From: an uncultured Prevotellaceae bacterium
GTDB lineage: Bacteria > Bacteroidota > Bacteroidia > Bacteroidales > Bacteroidaceae
Length of the DNA: 64,000 bases
Assembly: GCA_946185285.1 (NCBI GenBank)
Contig: CAMHIS010000001.1
Location: forward strand, 43,968 to 107,967
Direction of reading: 5' to 3'
Part shown: in pieces, positions 20,649-31,477 of the stretch
Layout: every line of letters starts with the position of its first letter
Numbering within the stretch: the stretch's first letter is position 1
Position numbers and translations under genes: made by a program
Notes under the pieces: generated by a model
Seen by the model: the letters and a program-made list of their open reading frames with translations, nothing else
The model's database searches: none
Told to the model about the DNA's origin: nothing

Positions 20649-21920
20649 ATGCTATATTATCTGTTTAGATTTTTAGAGCAGTACAACATCCCGGGCAGCC
20701 ACTTGTGGTCGTACATTTCTTTCCGCTCGCTGCTGACGCTTATATTGGCGCTGCTCATTTCCGCATGGTTTGGCGAGTACTTTATCAAGTTTATGCGTCG
20801 CAGGAAAATCTATGAGGTGGAGCGTGACCCGAAAATCGACCCCTTTGGCGTCGAGAAGAAGGGTGTGCCTACTATGGGCGGCATCATCATCATCGTGGCC
20901 ATTCTCGTCCCCGTGCTGTTATTTGCCCGTATCCGCAACATCTACATTATCCTGATGTTGGCCACTACTGTATGGTTAGGTTTCCTCGGCTTTATGGATG
21001 ACTATATCAAGATATTCCGCCGGAACAAGGAAGGACTGAAGGGAATCTATAAGATTGTGGGACAGCTGTCGATAGGCTTTATCGTCGGCCTGACGCTCTG
21101 GCTTAGTCCCGATGCCGTTGTCCGTGAGAACGTCACAGTCCAGCAGCAGAATAAGGAGGTCGTGGTGAAGCACAAGGCTGAGGCGGTAAAGTCGTTGAAG
21201 ACCACTATTCCCTTCGTCAAGAACAATAATCTGAATTACTCTGAGGTATTGGGGTTCCTGGGCGACTATAAGGTGGCCGCAGGATGGGTGCTCTTTGTGC
21301 TGATGACCATCCTCGTGGTGACTGCAGTCTCGAATGGAGCCAACCTGAACGATGGTATGGACGGTATGTGCGCGGGCAACTCTGCCATCATTGGTGTGGC
21401 GCTGCTCATCCTGGCGTATGTGTCTGGTCACATTGTCTATGCCGCCTATTTCGACCTGATGTACATCCCTCATGCCGAAGAGCTGGTGGTGTTCCTATGT
21501 GCCTTCGTCGGTGCCATGATTGGTTTTCTCTGGTATAACGCCTATCCGGCCCAGATTTTCATGGGCGACACTGGGTCGTTGACTATTGGTGGCATTATCG
21601 GCGTCTGTGCTGTTATCATCCACAAGGAACTGCTGCTGCCCATTCTCTGCGGAGTCTTTTTCATTGAGAGCCTTAGCGTCATCATACAGACACAGTGGTT
21701 CAAACTGATGAAAAAGAAAGGCAAGCGTGTCCGCGTATTCCGCGCCACGCCCATCCACGACAACTTCCGTCGCCTCGATTCACAGCTCGACCCGACGTCA
21801 ACCTATATCCTGCGCGGCTGGCCAAAACGCCAGTTCCACGAGTCAAAGATTACGTTCCGCTTCTGGATTATCACCATCATCCTCGCGGCACTGACAATAA
21901 TAACATTGAAGATAAGATAA
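20649..21920 (+). CDS. mraY: phospho-MurNAc-pentapeptide transferase
   Basis: PTMGG, DDYIK, NLNDGMDG, FMGDTGS. Confidence 0.97.
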   Translation: MLYYLFRFLEQYNIPGSHLWSYISFRSLLTLILALLISAWFGEYFIKFMRRRKIYEVERDPKIDPFGVEKKGVPTMGGIIIIVAILVPVLLFARIRNIYIILMLATTVWLGFLGFMDDYIKIFRRNKEGLKGIYKIVGQLSIGFIVGLTLWLSPDAVVRENVTVQQQNKEVVVKHKAEAVKSLKTTIPFVKNNNLNYSEVLGFLGDYKVAAGWVLFVLMTILVVTAVSNGANLNDGMDGMCAGNSAIIGVALLILAYVSGHIVYAAYFDLMYIPHAEELVVFLCAFVGAMIGFLWYNAYPAQIFMGDTGSLTIGGIIGVCAVIIHKELLLPILCGVFFIESLSVIIQTQWFKLMKKKGKRVRVFRATPIHDNFRRLDSQLDPTSTYILRGWPKRQFHESKITFRFWIITIILAALTIITLKIR

Positions 21921-21927
21921 GAAGACC

Positions 21928-23259
21928 ATGAATAGAATTGTTGTATTAGGAGCCGGAGAGAGCGGCGCAGGAGCCGCCGTACTGGCCAAGAAAGAGGGTT
22001 TCGATGTGTTTGTGAGTGACATGTCGAAGATTGCCGACCGCTACAAAAAGCAACTCGACGATCATGGCATAGCATGGGAAGAGGGTCGGCATACTGAAGA
22101 GCTGATACTGTCGGCCGACGAGATTATCAAGTCGCCCGGTATCCCCGACACGGCTCCGATGGTTGTCAAGGCCATCGCCAAGGGTATCCACATCATCAGC
22201 GAGATAGAATTCGCAGGCCGCTATACGACGTCGAAGATGATTTGCATTACTGGTTCGAACGGCAAGACCACTACCACGTCGCTCATCTACCACATTTTCC
22301 GTGAGGCAGGCTACGATGCAGGACTGGCCGGCAACATAGGCCATTCACTGGCTCTGCAGGTGGCCGAGCAGCCCCATGAGTACTATATTATCGAACTGTC
22401 ATCGTTCCAGTTGGACAATATGTACCAGTTCCGTGCCAATATCGCCATCCTGCTGAACATCACGCCCGACCATCTGGACCGTTACGACAATTCCATGCAG
22501 AAGTACACGGATGCCAAGATGCGTGTCATCCAGAACCAGACGCCGCAAGATGCTTTTATTTACTGGGCCGACGACCCCATCATTGCCAAGGAACTGAAGA
22601 AATACAATATCAAGGCCGTTCAGTGCCCGTTTTCCGACATCAAGAAAAACGGTGTCATCGGCTACATTGAGAAAGGACAGTACATGCTGGAATATCCTAC
22701 GCCCTTCAACATGGAGCAGGAGAGTCTGAGCCTGACGGGGCGTCACAATATATACAACTCGCTGGCAGCAGGATTGGCCGCCAACATTGCCGGCATCAAG
22801 AAGGAGTCCATCCGCAAGTCGCTGAGCGACTTCCCCGGCGTGGAGCACCGTTTGGAGAAGGTCTGCGACGTCCGTGGCGTCCACTATGTCAACGATTCGA
22901 AGGCTACTAACGTCGATGCCTGCTGGTACGCGTTAGAGTCGATGAAGACCCGCGTCGTGCTCATCATCGGCGGCAAGGATAAGGGCAACGACTATGAGCC
23001 CATCAAGCCGCTCATCCGTGAGAAGTGCTCGGCCTTGGTCTATCTTGGTGCCGATAACACGAAACTGCACCAGAACTTCGATGGAATGGGGATTCCCGTG
23101 CGTGACACGCACTCCATGCGTGAGTGCATGGAGGCTTGCTATGAGTTGGCTCAACCTGGCGAGACGGTGCTGCTCTCTCCCTGTTGCGCCTCCTTCGACC
23201 TGTTCAAGAACATGGAGGACCGCGGCGAACAGTTCAAGGCGATAGCCCGTTCCCTATAA
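21928..23259 (+). CDS. murD: UDP-MurNAc-L-Ala:D-Glu ligase
   Basis: GAGESG, TGSNGKTT, ELSSFQL, NDSKATN, SPCCASFD. Confidence 0.97.
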   Translation: MNRIVVLGAGESGAGAAVLAKKEGFDVFVSDMSKIADRYKKQLDDHGIAWEEGRHTEELILSADEIIKSPGIPDTAPMVVKAIAKGIHIISEIEFAGRYTTSKMICITGSNGKTTTTSLIYHIFREAGYDAGLAGNIGHSLALQVAEQPHEYYIIELSSFQLDNMYQFRANIAILLNITPDHLDRYDNSMQKYTDAKMRVIQNQTPQDAFIYWADDPIIAKELKKYNIKAVQCPFSDIKKNGVIGYIEKGQYMLEYPTPFNMEQESLSLTGRHNIYNSLAAGLAANIAGIKKESIRKSLSDFPGVEHRLEKVCDVRGVHYVNDSKATNVDACWYALESMKTRVVLIIGGKDKGNDYEPIKPLIREKCSALVYLGADNTKLHQNFDGMGIPVRDTHSMRECMEACYELAQPGETVLLSPCCASFDLFKNMEDRGEQFKAIARSL

Positions 23260-23292
23260 CCCCACCATGCCTATAATCCCCAAAAATAAGCA

Positions 23293-24555
23293 ATGAACAA
23301 GAAAATAGGTAATATCTTCAAAGGCGACAAAGTCATCTGGATGGTGTTCTTCTTCCTCTGTATGATCAGCATTGTCGAGGTTTTCTCAGCTTCGAGCAAC
23401 TTGACATACAAGACGCAGAACTACATGGGCCCCATCTTCTACCACACCGTCATGATTATCATTGGGGTGGCTGTGGCTGTGGTGACACTAAACGTCCCTT
23501 GCCGCTACTTCAAGCTGATGACCCCGTTCCTGCTCATCATCTCAGCATTGACACTGCTCTGGGTGCTGATAGGCGGAGAGAGCATCAACGGTGCCAACCG
23601 CGTCATCTCTCTCTTGGGCTTCACCTTCCAGCCCTCGGAGATAGCCAAGGGGACGATGGTGCTTATTACAGCCCAGATACTGAGTGCGATGCAGCGTGAA
23701 ACGGGTGCCGATCGCAAGGCGTTTAAGTACATCATGCTGATTCTTCTACCTACGACGTTCCTCATTGGCATCGAGAACCTGTCGACGGCAGCTCTGCTCT
23801 TTGTCGTCATCATGCTGATGATGTTTATTGGTCGTGTGCCCTTGCTGCAGATGGGTAAACTTGTAGGTGCCCTTGCTGTTGTGGTTGCCGTGTTCTTGGT
23901 GTTAGTGCTCACATTAGGCGGTATAGAGGAGAAACGTGCGGCCGAGAACCAGATGACCGAGGTCGTCGGTGACGGCAGTCAGAAACAGGTAGACCCTGAC
24001 GCCATCAAGAGCGGCGGCGTCTTCCACCGTTTCTATACATGGCGTAACCGCCTCTTGAAACATTTCGTCGAGAAAGACGTTCCGGCTGAGGAATACGACA
24101 TTGAGAACAACTTCCAGGTGGGCCATGCCAATATTGCCATTGCGTCGTCGGGTATTGTCGGCAAGGGACCGGGCAATTCTACCGAGCGAGACTATCTGCC
24201 GCAGGCGTTCTCTGACTTTATCTACGCCATCATTGTCGAGGAAATGGGCATCTTCGGTGCCGCCTTTGTGGCATTCCTCTATATTGTACTGCTTTACAGG
24301 GCGGCCCGTATTGCCTCGCGTTGTGAGAATAATTTCCCGGCCTTCCTCATTATGGGGCTGTCGCTGCTTTTGGTCATCCAGGCCACGTTCAACATGATGG
24401 TTGCCGTAGGTCTGGCACCGGTTACGGGGCAGCCGTTGCCGCTTGTCTCGAAGGGTGGTACGTCGACTATCATCAATTGTGCTTACATAGGCGTCATTCT
24501 GAGTGTCAGCCGTTCGGCGAAGATGAATGTTGAGAAAGTTAGAAGTAAAGAGTGA
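23293..24555 (+). CDS. ftsW: SEDS peptidoglycan polymerase
   Basis: FQPSEIAK, SDFIYAIIVEE, TGQPLPLVSKGGTS. Confidence 0.95.
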   Translation: MNKKIGNIFKGDKVIWMVFFFLCMISIVEVFSASSNLTYKTQNYMGPIFYHTVMIIIGVAVAVVTLNVPCRYFKLMTPFLLIISALTLLWVLIGGESINGANRVISLLGFTFQPSEIAKGTMVLITAQILSAMQRETGADRKAFKYIMLILLPTTFLIGIENLSTAALLFVVIMLMMFIGRVPLLQMGKLVGALAVVVAVFLVLVLTLGGIEEKRAAENQMTEVVGDGSQKQVDPDAIKSGGVFHRFYTWRNRLLKHFVEKDVPAEEYDIENNFQVGHANIAIASSGIVGKGPGNSTERDYLPQAFSDFIYAIIVEEMGIFGAAFVAFLYIVLLYRAARIASRCENNFPAFLIMGLSLLLVIQATFNMMVAVGLAPVTGQPLPLVSKGGTSTIINCAYIGVILSVSRSAKMNVEKVRSKE

Positions 24556-24570
24556 AACGTGAAGAATGAT

Positions 24571-25692
24571 ATGAATAAGGAGTTGAGAGTCATCGTCAGT
24601 GGTGGCGGTACAGGAGGCCACATCTTCCCCGCTGTCTCGATAGCCAACGCGGTGCGCCGTCTGCGCCCTGATGCTAAGATACTGTTCATTGGTGCCCAGG
24701 GCCGTATGGAGATGCAGCGTGTGCCTGCTGCAGGCTATGAAATCAAGGGACTGCCCGTACGCGGCTTCTTCCGTCCGTTGTGGAAGCCGGCTAACATTGG
24801 CGTGGCCTTTGACTACCTCCGCAGTAAATGGCAGGCGAAAAGGATTCTGAAAGAGTTCCGTCCCGACGTGGCAGTTGGTGTGGGCGGGTATGCCAGCAGT
24901 GCAGCCCTTGGCGCTGCCAACAGCATGGGCATCCCGACGCTGATACAGGAGCAGAACAGTTATGCAGGACTGGCCAACAAGCAGCTGGCCGCCAAGGCCC
25001 GCAAGATATGCGTGGCCTACGAGGGCATGGAGCGTTTCTTCCCCGCCGACAAGATCATGCTGACGGGCAATCCCGTGCGCCAGGCCCTGCTTGATACGAC
25101 GCTTTCGCGTGAGGATGCCGTCCGTAGCTTAGGTTTCAATCCTGAGCGTAAGACAGTACTGCTCGTCGGTGGCTCTTTAGGTGCACGTACCGTCAATGAA
25201 AGCGTGCTCCAACATCTCGACCTCGTCTCGGGGAGCGATGTGCAGTTCCTCTGGCAGACGGGCAAGTATTACTATGCCGGCATCCAGCAGCAGTTGAAAG
25301 GCCGCGACTTGCCCAATCTGAAGGTTACTGATTTCATCACAGACATGGGTGCCGCCTATCGTGCCGCCGACCTCGTCATCAGCCGTGCCGGTGCCAGCAG
25401 CATCAGCGAGTTCTGTCTCATCGGCAAGCCGGTCATCCTTGTACCCAGCCCCAATGTGGCCGAAGACCACCAGACGAAGAACGCCCTGGCGTTGGCTAAC
25501 CGCGACGCTGCCATCTACGTCAAGGATGCCGATGCCCCTGCAACGCTGCTACGACTGGCCATTGACACCGTTAATGACGAACAGAAACTACGTTTACTCA
25601 GTGAAAACGTGCTGAAGCTGGCCCTGCCCGACAGCGCAGACATTATAGCCAAGGAAGTTATAAAATTAGCAGAAGAAAATGAAAGCAAGTGA
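24571..25692 (+). CDS. murG: lipid II GlcNAc transferase
   Basis: GGGTGGHIFP, GGSLGA, SRAGASS, HQTKNA; alternative GTG start at 24559. Confidence 0.97.
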   Translation: MNKELRVIVSGGGTGGHIFPAVSIANAVRRLRPDAKILFIGAQGRMEMQRVPAAGYEIKGLPVRGFFRPLWKPANIGVAFDYLRSKWQAKRILKEFRPDVAVGVGGYASSAALGAANSMGIPTLIQEQNSYAGLANKQLAAKARKICVAYEGMERFFPADKIMLTGNPVRQALLDTTLSREDAVRSLGFNPERKTVLLVGGSLGARTVNESVLQHLDLVSGSDVQFLWQTGKYYYAGIQQQLKGRDLPNLKVTDFITDMGAAYRAADLVISRAGASSISEFCLIGKPVILVPSPNVAEDHQTKNALALANRDAAIYVKDADAPATLLRLAIDTVNDEQKLRLLSENVLKLALPDSADIIAKEVIKLAEENESK

Positions 25693-27052
25693 TATAAAAG
25701 CTGTCTATTTCGTCGGTGCCGGAGGCATTGGCATGAGCGCCTTAGAACGCTACTTCATCAGACGTGGCCTTGTCGTAGCTGGCTATGACAAGACCCCCAG
25801 CGACTTGACCCGCCAGCTGGAACGAGAGGGTATGCTCATTCACTATGAGGAGAACGTCAGTGAGATTCCCCACTCCTGCCGTCAGCCTCAGTCGACCCTC
25901 GTTGTCTATACGCCAGCCGTCCCTGCCGACCATCAGGAGCTAGTGTTCTTTCGTGAGCATGGCTTCGAGATACAGAAGCGTGCCCAGGTGCTTGGCACGA
26001 TAACCCGCCAGATGAAGGGCCTCTGTGTGGCGGGTACCCACGGCAAGACGACAACGTCGACCATGTGCGCCCACATCCTGCATCAGTCAGCCATCGACTG
26101 CAATGCTTTCCTTGGCGGCATTTCAAAGAACTATGGTACGAACTACATTCTCTCTGACAGTGAATACGTCGTCATTGAGGCCGACGAGTTCGACCGCTCC
26201 TTCCACTGGCTCAGCCCCTTTATGACGGTTATCACGTCCACCGACCCCGACCACCTTGATATCTACGGTACGAAAGAGGCCTATCTCGAGAGCTTCCGTC
26301 AATACACGTCACTCATCCAGCCGGGCGGAGTGCTCATCATACACCGCGGCTTGGAGATGAAGGAGGATTTGCACTCCGGCGTACACCGCTATGACTATGC
26401 CCTCAGCGAGGGTGACTTCCATGCCGAGAATGTCCGTATCGAGAACGGCGGCATCACCTTCGACTTTGTCTCGCCCATAGAGTCGGTTAAGAATGTCGTC
26501 CTTGGACAGCCCATACCTATCAATATTGAGAACGGCGTCGCTGCCATGGCCATGGCTCAGTTGGCAGGCTGCTCAGCCGAGGAACTGCGTTACGGGATGC
26601 AGACCTACGGGGGCGTTGACCGCCGCTTTGACTTCAAGATTAAGACCGACCGTTTGGTGTTCCTCAGCGACTATGCTCACCACCCGAAGGAGATTTACCA
26701 GAGTGCCAACAGCCTACGTCAACTTTACCGCAACCGCCGTATTACGGCCATCTTCCAACCTCATCTCTACACGCGTACACGCGACTTCTACCGCGAGTTT
26801 GCCGACGCGCTGAGCCAGCTCGACGAGGTTGTGCTGACGGAAATCTACCCAGCCCGCGAAGAGCCTATCGAGGGTGTCACCTCGCAGCTTATCTGCGACA
26901 ACCTGGCACCGGCTGTCAAGAAGGAGATGATACGGAAATCCGACGTGCTCGACTATGTCAAGACCCATGATTTTGACGTGCTCGTCGTCCTCGGAGCCGG
27001 TGACCTTGACAATATGGTTCCTCAAATTACCAAAATACTCCAACAGAAATAA
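25679..27052 (+). CDS. murC: UDP-MurNAc:L-Ala ligase
   Basis: GAGGIGMS, GTHGKTTT, EADEFDRSF, DYAHHP, FQPHLYTRT. Confidence 0.97.
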   Translation: MKASDIKAVYFVGAGGIGMSALERYFIRRGLVVAGYDKTPSDLTRQLEREGMLIHYEENVSEIPHSCRQPQSTLVVYTPAVPADHQELVFFREHGFEIQKRAQVLGTITRQMKGLCVAGTHGKTTTSTMCAHILHQSAIDCNAFLGGISKNYGTNYILSDSEYVVIEADEFDRSFHWLSPFMTVITSTDPDHLDIYGTKEAYLESFRQYTSLIQPGGVLIIHRGLEMKEDLHSGVHRYDYALSEGDFHAENVRIENGGITFDFVSPIESVKNVVLGQPIPINIENGVAAMAMAQLAGCSAEELRYGMQTYGGVDRRFDFKIKTDRLVFLSDYAHHPKEIYQSANSLRQLYRNRRITAIFQPHLYTRTRDFYREFADALSQLDEVVLTEIYPAREEPIEGVTSQLICDNLAPAVKKEMIRKSDVLDYVKTHDFDVLVVLGAGDLDNMVPQITKILQQK

Positions 27053-27805
27053 ATGACGATAAACTGGAAGAAGACTGTCATCATCCTGCTGGATGTGGTC
27101 ATAGCAGTATACCTGCTGATGGCTGTCACCGTGTTCAACCGACCCGATGACAAGGCCACCGTGTGTACTGAGGTGAACATCCAGATTGACGGTGGACAGC
27201 AGAAGGGCGGATTCCTCAATCCTGCTGAGGTGAAACGCCTCTTGGAACGTCAGCGACAGTACCCGCTGGCTCAGCCCATGCAGTTTGTCAGCACGCGTCA
27301 GATGGAGGAAGTCCTGCTCAAGAGTCCTTATGTTGAAAACGTGGAGTGCTACAAAACACAGAACGGCCATGTCTGTGTCAGTCTGACGCAGCGGCAGCCT
27401 GTGCTTCACATCATGACTGCCGGCGGTGAACAGTACTATGTTGACGTGTGTGGCGAGATATTGCCTCACACACGCTTGGCTGACAACCTTTTGGTGGCTA
27501 CAGGGACTATTAGCCACAGCTATGCACAGAAGCGGCTGGCTCCGATAGCCAACCAGATTCTCTCAGACCGATTCTGGCAGCAGCAGACGGAGCAGCTCAA
27601 CGTTCTCAGTGACGGCTCTCTTGAGCTGGTGCCCCGGGTGGGCGACCATATAATATATCTTGGTGCTCCACGCGACATTCCCAAGAAGTTGGAGCGCCTG
27701 TGGAAGTTCTATAAGTACGGGCTGAGCCAGACGGGCTGGGACCGGTACAAACGCATCAGCGTAGAGTTTGACAATCAGATAATATGTAAAAGAAGTGAGA
27801 AATGA
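27053..27805 (+). CDS. ftsQ: cell division protein FtsQ
   Basis: N-terminal TM plus POTRA-like region, located between murC and ftsA. Confidence 0.85.
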   Translation: MTINWKKTVIILLDVVIAVYLLMAVTVFNRPDDKATVCTEVNIQIDGGQQKGGFLNPAEVKRLLERQRQYPLAQPMQFVSTRQMEEVLLKSPYVENVECYKTQNGHVCVSLTQRQPVLHIMTAGGEQYYVDVCGEILPHTRLADNLLVATGTISHSYAQKRLAPIANQILSDRFWQQQTEQLNVLSDGSLELVPRVGDHIIYLGAPRDIPKKLERLWKFYKYGLSQTGWDRYKRISVEFDNQIICKRSEK

Positions 27806-29274
27806 GTAGCAGTATGGCAAAGGAATTTATCGTAGCAATTGAACTCGGTTCATCGAAGATGACGGGTATCGCGGGCCAGAAGAACCTTGACGGCAGCATC
27901 TCGGTGCTGGCTGTCGCCAAAGAGGAGTCTTCGGCATTTATCCGCAAGGGGGTGGTTTACAACATTGACAAGACCGCCCAGTGTCTGCAGAACATTGTTA
28001 AGAAGCTGGAGAGCCAGCTCAAGACCCGTATCAAGCAGGTCTATGTAGGCGTTGGTGGACAGTCCATCCGGGGCGTCCGCAATGTCGTGACGAAAGAGTT
28101 GGCGCCGGGAACTATCGTTACTGATGCCATGGTCGATGAGCTGGTCGACTCAAACCGCAACATGAACTACCCGGACCAGGAAATCCTCGACACCGCCGTT
28201 CAGGAGTACAAGGTCGACTCGCAATATCAGCAAGACCCTGTAGGCATACAGTGTGCCCGCTTGGAGGGAAACTACCTGAATATCCTGCAACGCAAAGGAT
28301 TCTATAAAAACTTCAATAAGTGCTTCGAAGTGGCCGGCATCGCCATTGCCGAGATGCTTAATGCACCTCTGGCATTGGCAGATGCTGTGCTGACAGAGGC
28401 CGAACGCCGTTCCGGCTGTGCGCTCATCGATATCGGGGCTGATACCACCACCGTCTCCGTTTACACGAAAAACATCCTGCGTCATATTGCCGTTATTCCC
28501 CTTGGTGGGGCGAACATCACCAAGGATATTGCTACCTTGCAGATGGAGGAGAGCGATGCTGAGAAAATGAAGCTGAAGTATGCGTCGGCATATACCGACA
28601 ACAACGACATCGACAATAACTTGAAGTATTCTATCGACCAGGACCGTCAGGTGGAGAGCCGCCGCTTCATAGAGATAGTAGAAGGACGCACGGAGGAAAT
28701 TGTCGAGAATGCCTGGTATCAGGTGCCTTCGGAATACTGCGACAAGCTGCTGGGCGGTATTATCCTGACGGGCGGCGGTGCCAACTTGAAGAATATGGAC
28801 CGCGCCTTTCAGAACCATACGCATATTGAGAAAATCCGCATAGCTAAGTTCCCGTCACATACTATTACTGGTGGAAACGATGATGTCAAGTCGAAGAACG
28901 GCATGATGTGTACTGTTCTCGGATTGCTCTATAAAGGCGACATTAACTGTGCCGGCTTGCCCATAGACCACAACGGTGACCTCTTCGGCAGCCAGACGGC
29001 GTCAGGCGGCACGGCAGGAAACACGCCCGACCAGCGCCCGGCGCGCAAGCCTGGTGAGGTGCCTGCCGGTGTGGTGATGACTGAGGCTGAGAAACAGAAG
29101 GCCGAGGAGGAGGCACGCCTGAAGCGTGAGCAGGAAGAGCGCGAAGCCCGCGAGAAGGCCGAGGCCGCGGCTGCTGAGGCTGCCCGCTTGAAACGCGAGA
29201 ATTCCAAGTGGAACAAGTTCAAAAAGGGCATTGTCAACTTCGGCAAGCAGATTATGACCGGCGATGACGATTAA
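27802..29274 (+). CDS. ftsA: cell division protein FtsA
   Basis: IELGSSK, DIGADTT, LTGGGA, amphipathic C-terminus; start may be 27814. Confidence 0.95.
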   Translation: MSSSMAKEFIVAIELGSSKMTGIAGQKNLDGSISVLAVAKEESSAFIRKGVVYNIDKTAQCLQNIVKKLESQLKTRIKQVYVGVGGQSIRGVRNVVTKELAPGTIVTDAMVDELVDSNRNMNYPDQEILDTAVQEYKVDSQYQQDPVGIQCARLEGNYLNILQRKGFYKNFNKCFEVAGIAIAEMLNAPLALADAVLTEAERRSGCALIDIGADTTTVSVYTKNILRHIAVIPLGGANITKDIATLQMEESDAEKMKLKYASAYTDNNDIDNNLKYSIDQDRQVESRRFIEIVEGRTEEIVENAWYQVPSEYCDKLLGGIILTGGGANLKNMDRAFQNHTHIEKIRIAKFPSHTITGGNDDVKSKNGMMCTVLGLLYKGDINCAGLPIDHNGDLFGSQTASGGTAGNTPDQRPARKPGEVPAGVVMTEAEKQKAEEEARLKREQEEREAREKAEAAAAEAARLKRENSKWNKFKKGIVNFGKQIMTGDDD

Positions 29275-29333
29275 CCATAGGTGCTATTGTTAGACAAATA
29301 GAGAATCGAAAACAAGTAAACAGATAATACATT

Positions 29334-30662
29334 ATGGCAGACAATAATATTATTGACATCCTTGACTTCGGCGAGCCGGAGAAGGAGCACAGCATCATCA
29401 AGGTCATCGGCGTTGGCGGCGGCGGCGGTAATGCCGTCAACCACATGTACCGCGAAGGTATCCACGACGTCACCTTCGTTCTCTGTAATACCGACGCACA
29501 GGCACTTAACGATTCGCCCGTGCCAGTACACCTGCAGTTGGGCTCCGAGGGCCTTGGAGCCGGCAATAAGCCCGAGCGTGCCCGCCAAGCCGCTGAGGAG
29601 AGTATTGAAGACATCAAGAACATGCTCAACGACGGTACACGAATGGCCTTTATCACCGCCGGTATGGGCGGCGGTACCGGTACTGGCGCCGCACCTGTCA
29701 TTGCCCGTGTCTCTAAAGAAATGGGCATCCTTACTGTCGGTATCGTTACCATACCATTCCGCTTCGAGGGTGCCAAGAAAATCGACCAGGCGCTCGATGG
29801 CGTCGAGGAGATGTCGAAGCATGTTGATGCCCTGCTGGTCATCAATAACGAACGCTTGCGCGAGATTTATCCCGACCTCTCGCTGACAGCTGCCTTCGGC
29901 AAGGCCGACGACACGCTTTCCGTGGCCGCCAAGTCCATTGCCGAGATTATAACCGTCCACGGACTTATCAACCTCGACTTCAATGATGTGAAGACCGTGC
30001 TTAAGGATGGCGGCGTTGCCATCATGTCAACAGGCTACGGCGAGGGTGAAGACCGCGTGAAGAAGGCTATCGACGATGCCCTGAATTCGCCGTTGCTGAA
30101 CGACAACGACGTCTTCAACTCCAAGAAGATACTGCTCTCTATTGCCTTCAACGAGGAAAAGAGCGGTAACGACAATTTCATGATGGAGGAAATGAACTAC
30201 GTCAATGACTTCATGGACAAGTTCGGCGATTTCGAGATTAAGTGGGGCGTCGCTATTGACCCGGAATTGGGCAAGAAGGTGAAGGTCACCATCCTTGCTA
30301 CAGGGTTTGGCATTACCAATGTCGACGGCATGGAAACGCGCCTCAAAAAGCATTCTCAGGAGGAGGCCAACCGCATTGCTGAGGAGCAGGAGAAGGCAGC
30401 CGCTCGTGAAGAACGCCGCAACATCTACTACAAGGGCGGCGACGGCGTGCGTCGCTACAAGCGCCGCCCGCACATCTACCTGTTCCGTCCCGAGGACCTC
30501 GACAACGACGACGTTATTTCCGCCGTTGAGTCCACGCCTACTTATAAACGGACCCGCGAGATACTTGACAGTATTCATTCGCAGGCCACAGGCGACTACA
30601 TGAACGACCAAAAGGACGTGGCCTCACAGGAACCGCAACAGGGGGTCATTAGCTTTGTCTGA
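29334..30662 (+). CDS. ftsZ: cell division protein FtsZ
   Basis: [19 protein letters not shown] tubulin signature, NLDFNDV. Confidence 0.98.
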   Translation: MADNNIIDILDFGEPEKEHSIIKVIGVGGGGGNAVNHMYREGIHDVTFVLCNTDAQALNDSPVPVHLQLGSEGLGAGNKPERARQAAEESIEDIKNMLNDGTRMAFITAGMGGGTGTGAAPVIARVSKEMGILTVGIVTIPFRFEGAKKIDQALDGVEEMSKHVDALLVINNERLREIYPDLSLTAAFGKADDTLSVAAKSIAEIITVHGLINLDFNDVKTVLKDGGVAIMSTGYGEGEDRVKKAIDDALNSPLLNDNDVFNSKKILLSIAFNEEKSGNDNFMMEEMNYVNDFMDKFGDFEIKWGVAIDPELGKKVKVTILATGFGITNVDGMETRLKKHSQEEANRIAEEQEKAAAREERRNIYYKGGDGVRRYKRRPHIYLFRPEDLDNDDVISAVESTPTYKRTREILDSIHSQATGDYMNDQKDVASQEPQQGVISFV

Positions 30663-30682
30663 GAACCATTACCCCGTTCTTG

Positions 30683-30720
30683 AAACCCGCCGCCTTCCGT
30701 TCGAAAAGCGGCGGGTTTTT
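30683..30720 (+). terminator. intrinsic terminator of the dcw cluster
   Basis: AAACCCGCCGC...GCGGCGGGTTTTT hairpin with T tract. Confidence 0.85.
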
Positions 30721-30814
30721 GCCTTTTTTGCTTTTTTCACAAAAAAAAAGAGGCAAAGATGCTTGCATCTCGTTTTTTTGTATTAACTTTGTATCTCACA
30801 TACGAAAGGTGACT

Positions 30815-31477
30815 ATGAACGATTTTAGAAAATACGCAACAAAGCACTTAGGAATGGACGGTCTCGCACTTGATGACGTGATGCGTGTGCAGTCCCAGTA
30901 TCTGAACCCATACATCCTTGAGGAGCGTCAGCTGAACGTTACTCAGATGGATGTCTATTCGCGCCTGATGATGGACCGCATCATCTTCCTCGGCACGCAG
31001 ATTGACGACTATACCGCCAATACGCTGCAGGCCCAGCTGCTCTACCTCGACTCCGTGGACTCCGGCAAGGATATTGCCCTCTACATCAATTCGCCGGGCG
31101 GTAGCGTGACTGCCGGATTGGGTATCTACGACACTATGCAGTTCGTCAGTAGCGATGTGGCTACCATCTGCACAGGCATGGCCGCCTCTATGGCTGCTGT
31201 GCTGCTGGTGGCTGGTCAGGAGGGCAAACGGCAGGCTCTGCCCCATAGCCGCGTCATGATTCATCAGCCGCTCGGTGGCGTCCAGGGGCAAGCCAGCGAT
31301 ATCGAGATTGAGGCTAAGGAGATACTGAAGTTCAAGAAAGAACTTTACACCATTATAAGTGAGCATTCACATACGCCGTATGATAAGGTGTATGCTGATT
31401 CTGACCGTAACTACTGGATGACAGCTGAGGAGGCTAAGGAATACGGAATGATTGACCAGGTACTGAAGAAGAAATGA
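30815..31477 (+). CDS. clpP: ATP-dependent Clp protease proteolytic subunit
   Basis: [20 protein letters not shown]; -7 box TAACTTTG at 30784-30791; start at MNDFRKY. Confidence 0.97.
   Translation: MNDFRKYATKHLGMDGLALDDVMRVQSQYLNPYILEERQLNVTQMDVYSRLMMDRIIFLGTQIDDYTANTLQAQLLYLDSVDSGKDIALYINSPGGSVTAGLGIYDTMQFVSSDVATICTGMAASMAAVLLVAGQEGKRQALPHSRVMIHQPLGGVQGQASDIEIEAKEILKFKKELYTIISEHSHTPYDKVYADSDRNYWMTAEEAKEYGMIDQVLKKK

Noticed and set aside
15149-30662. Absence of murF, ddl and murB from the dcw cluster
   Set aside because: Normal for Bacteroidales, where these genes lie elsewhere.
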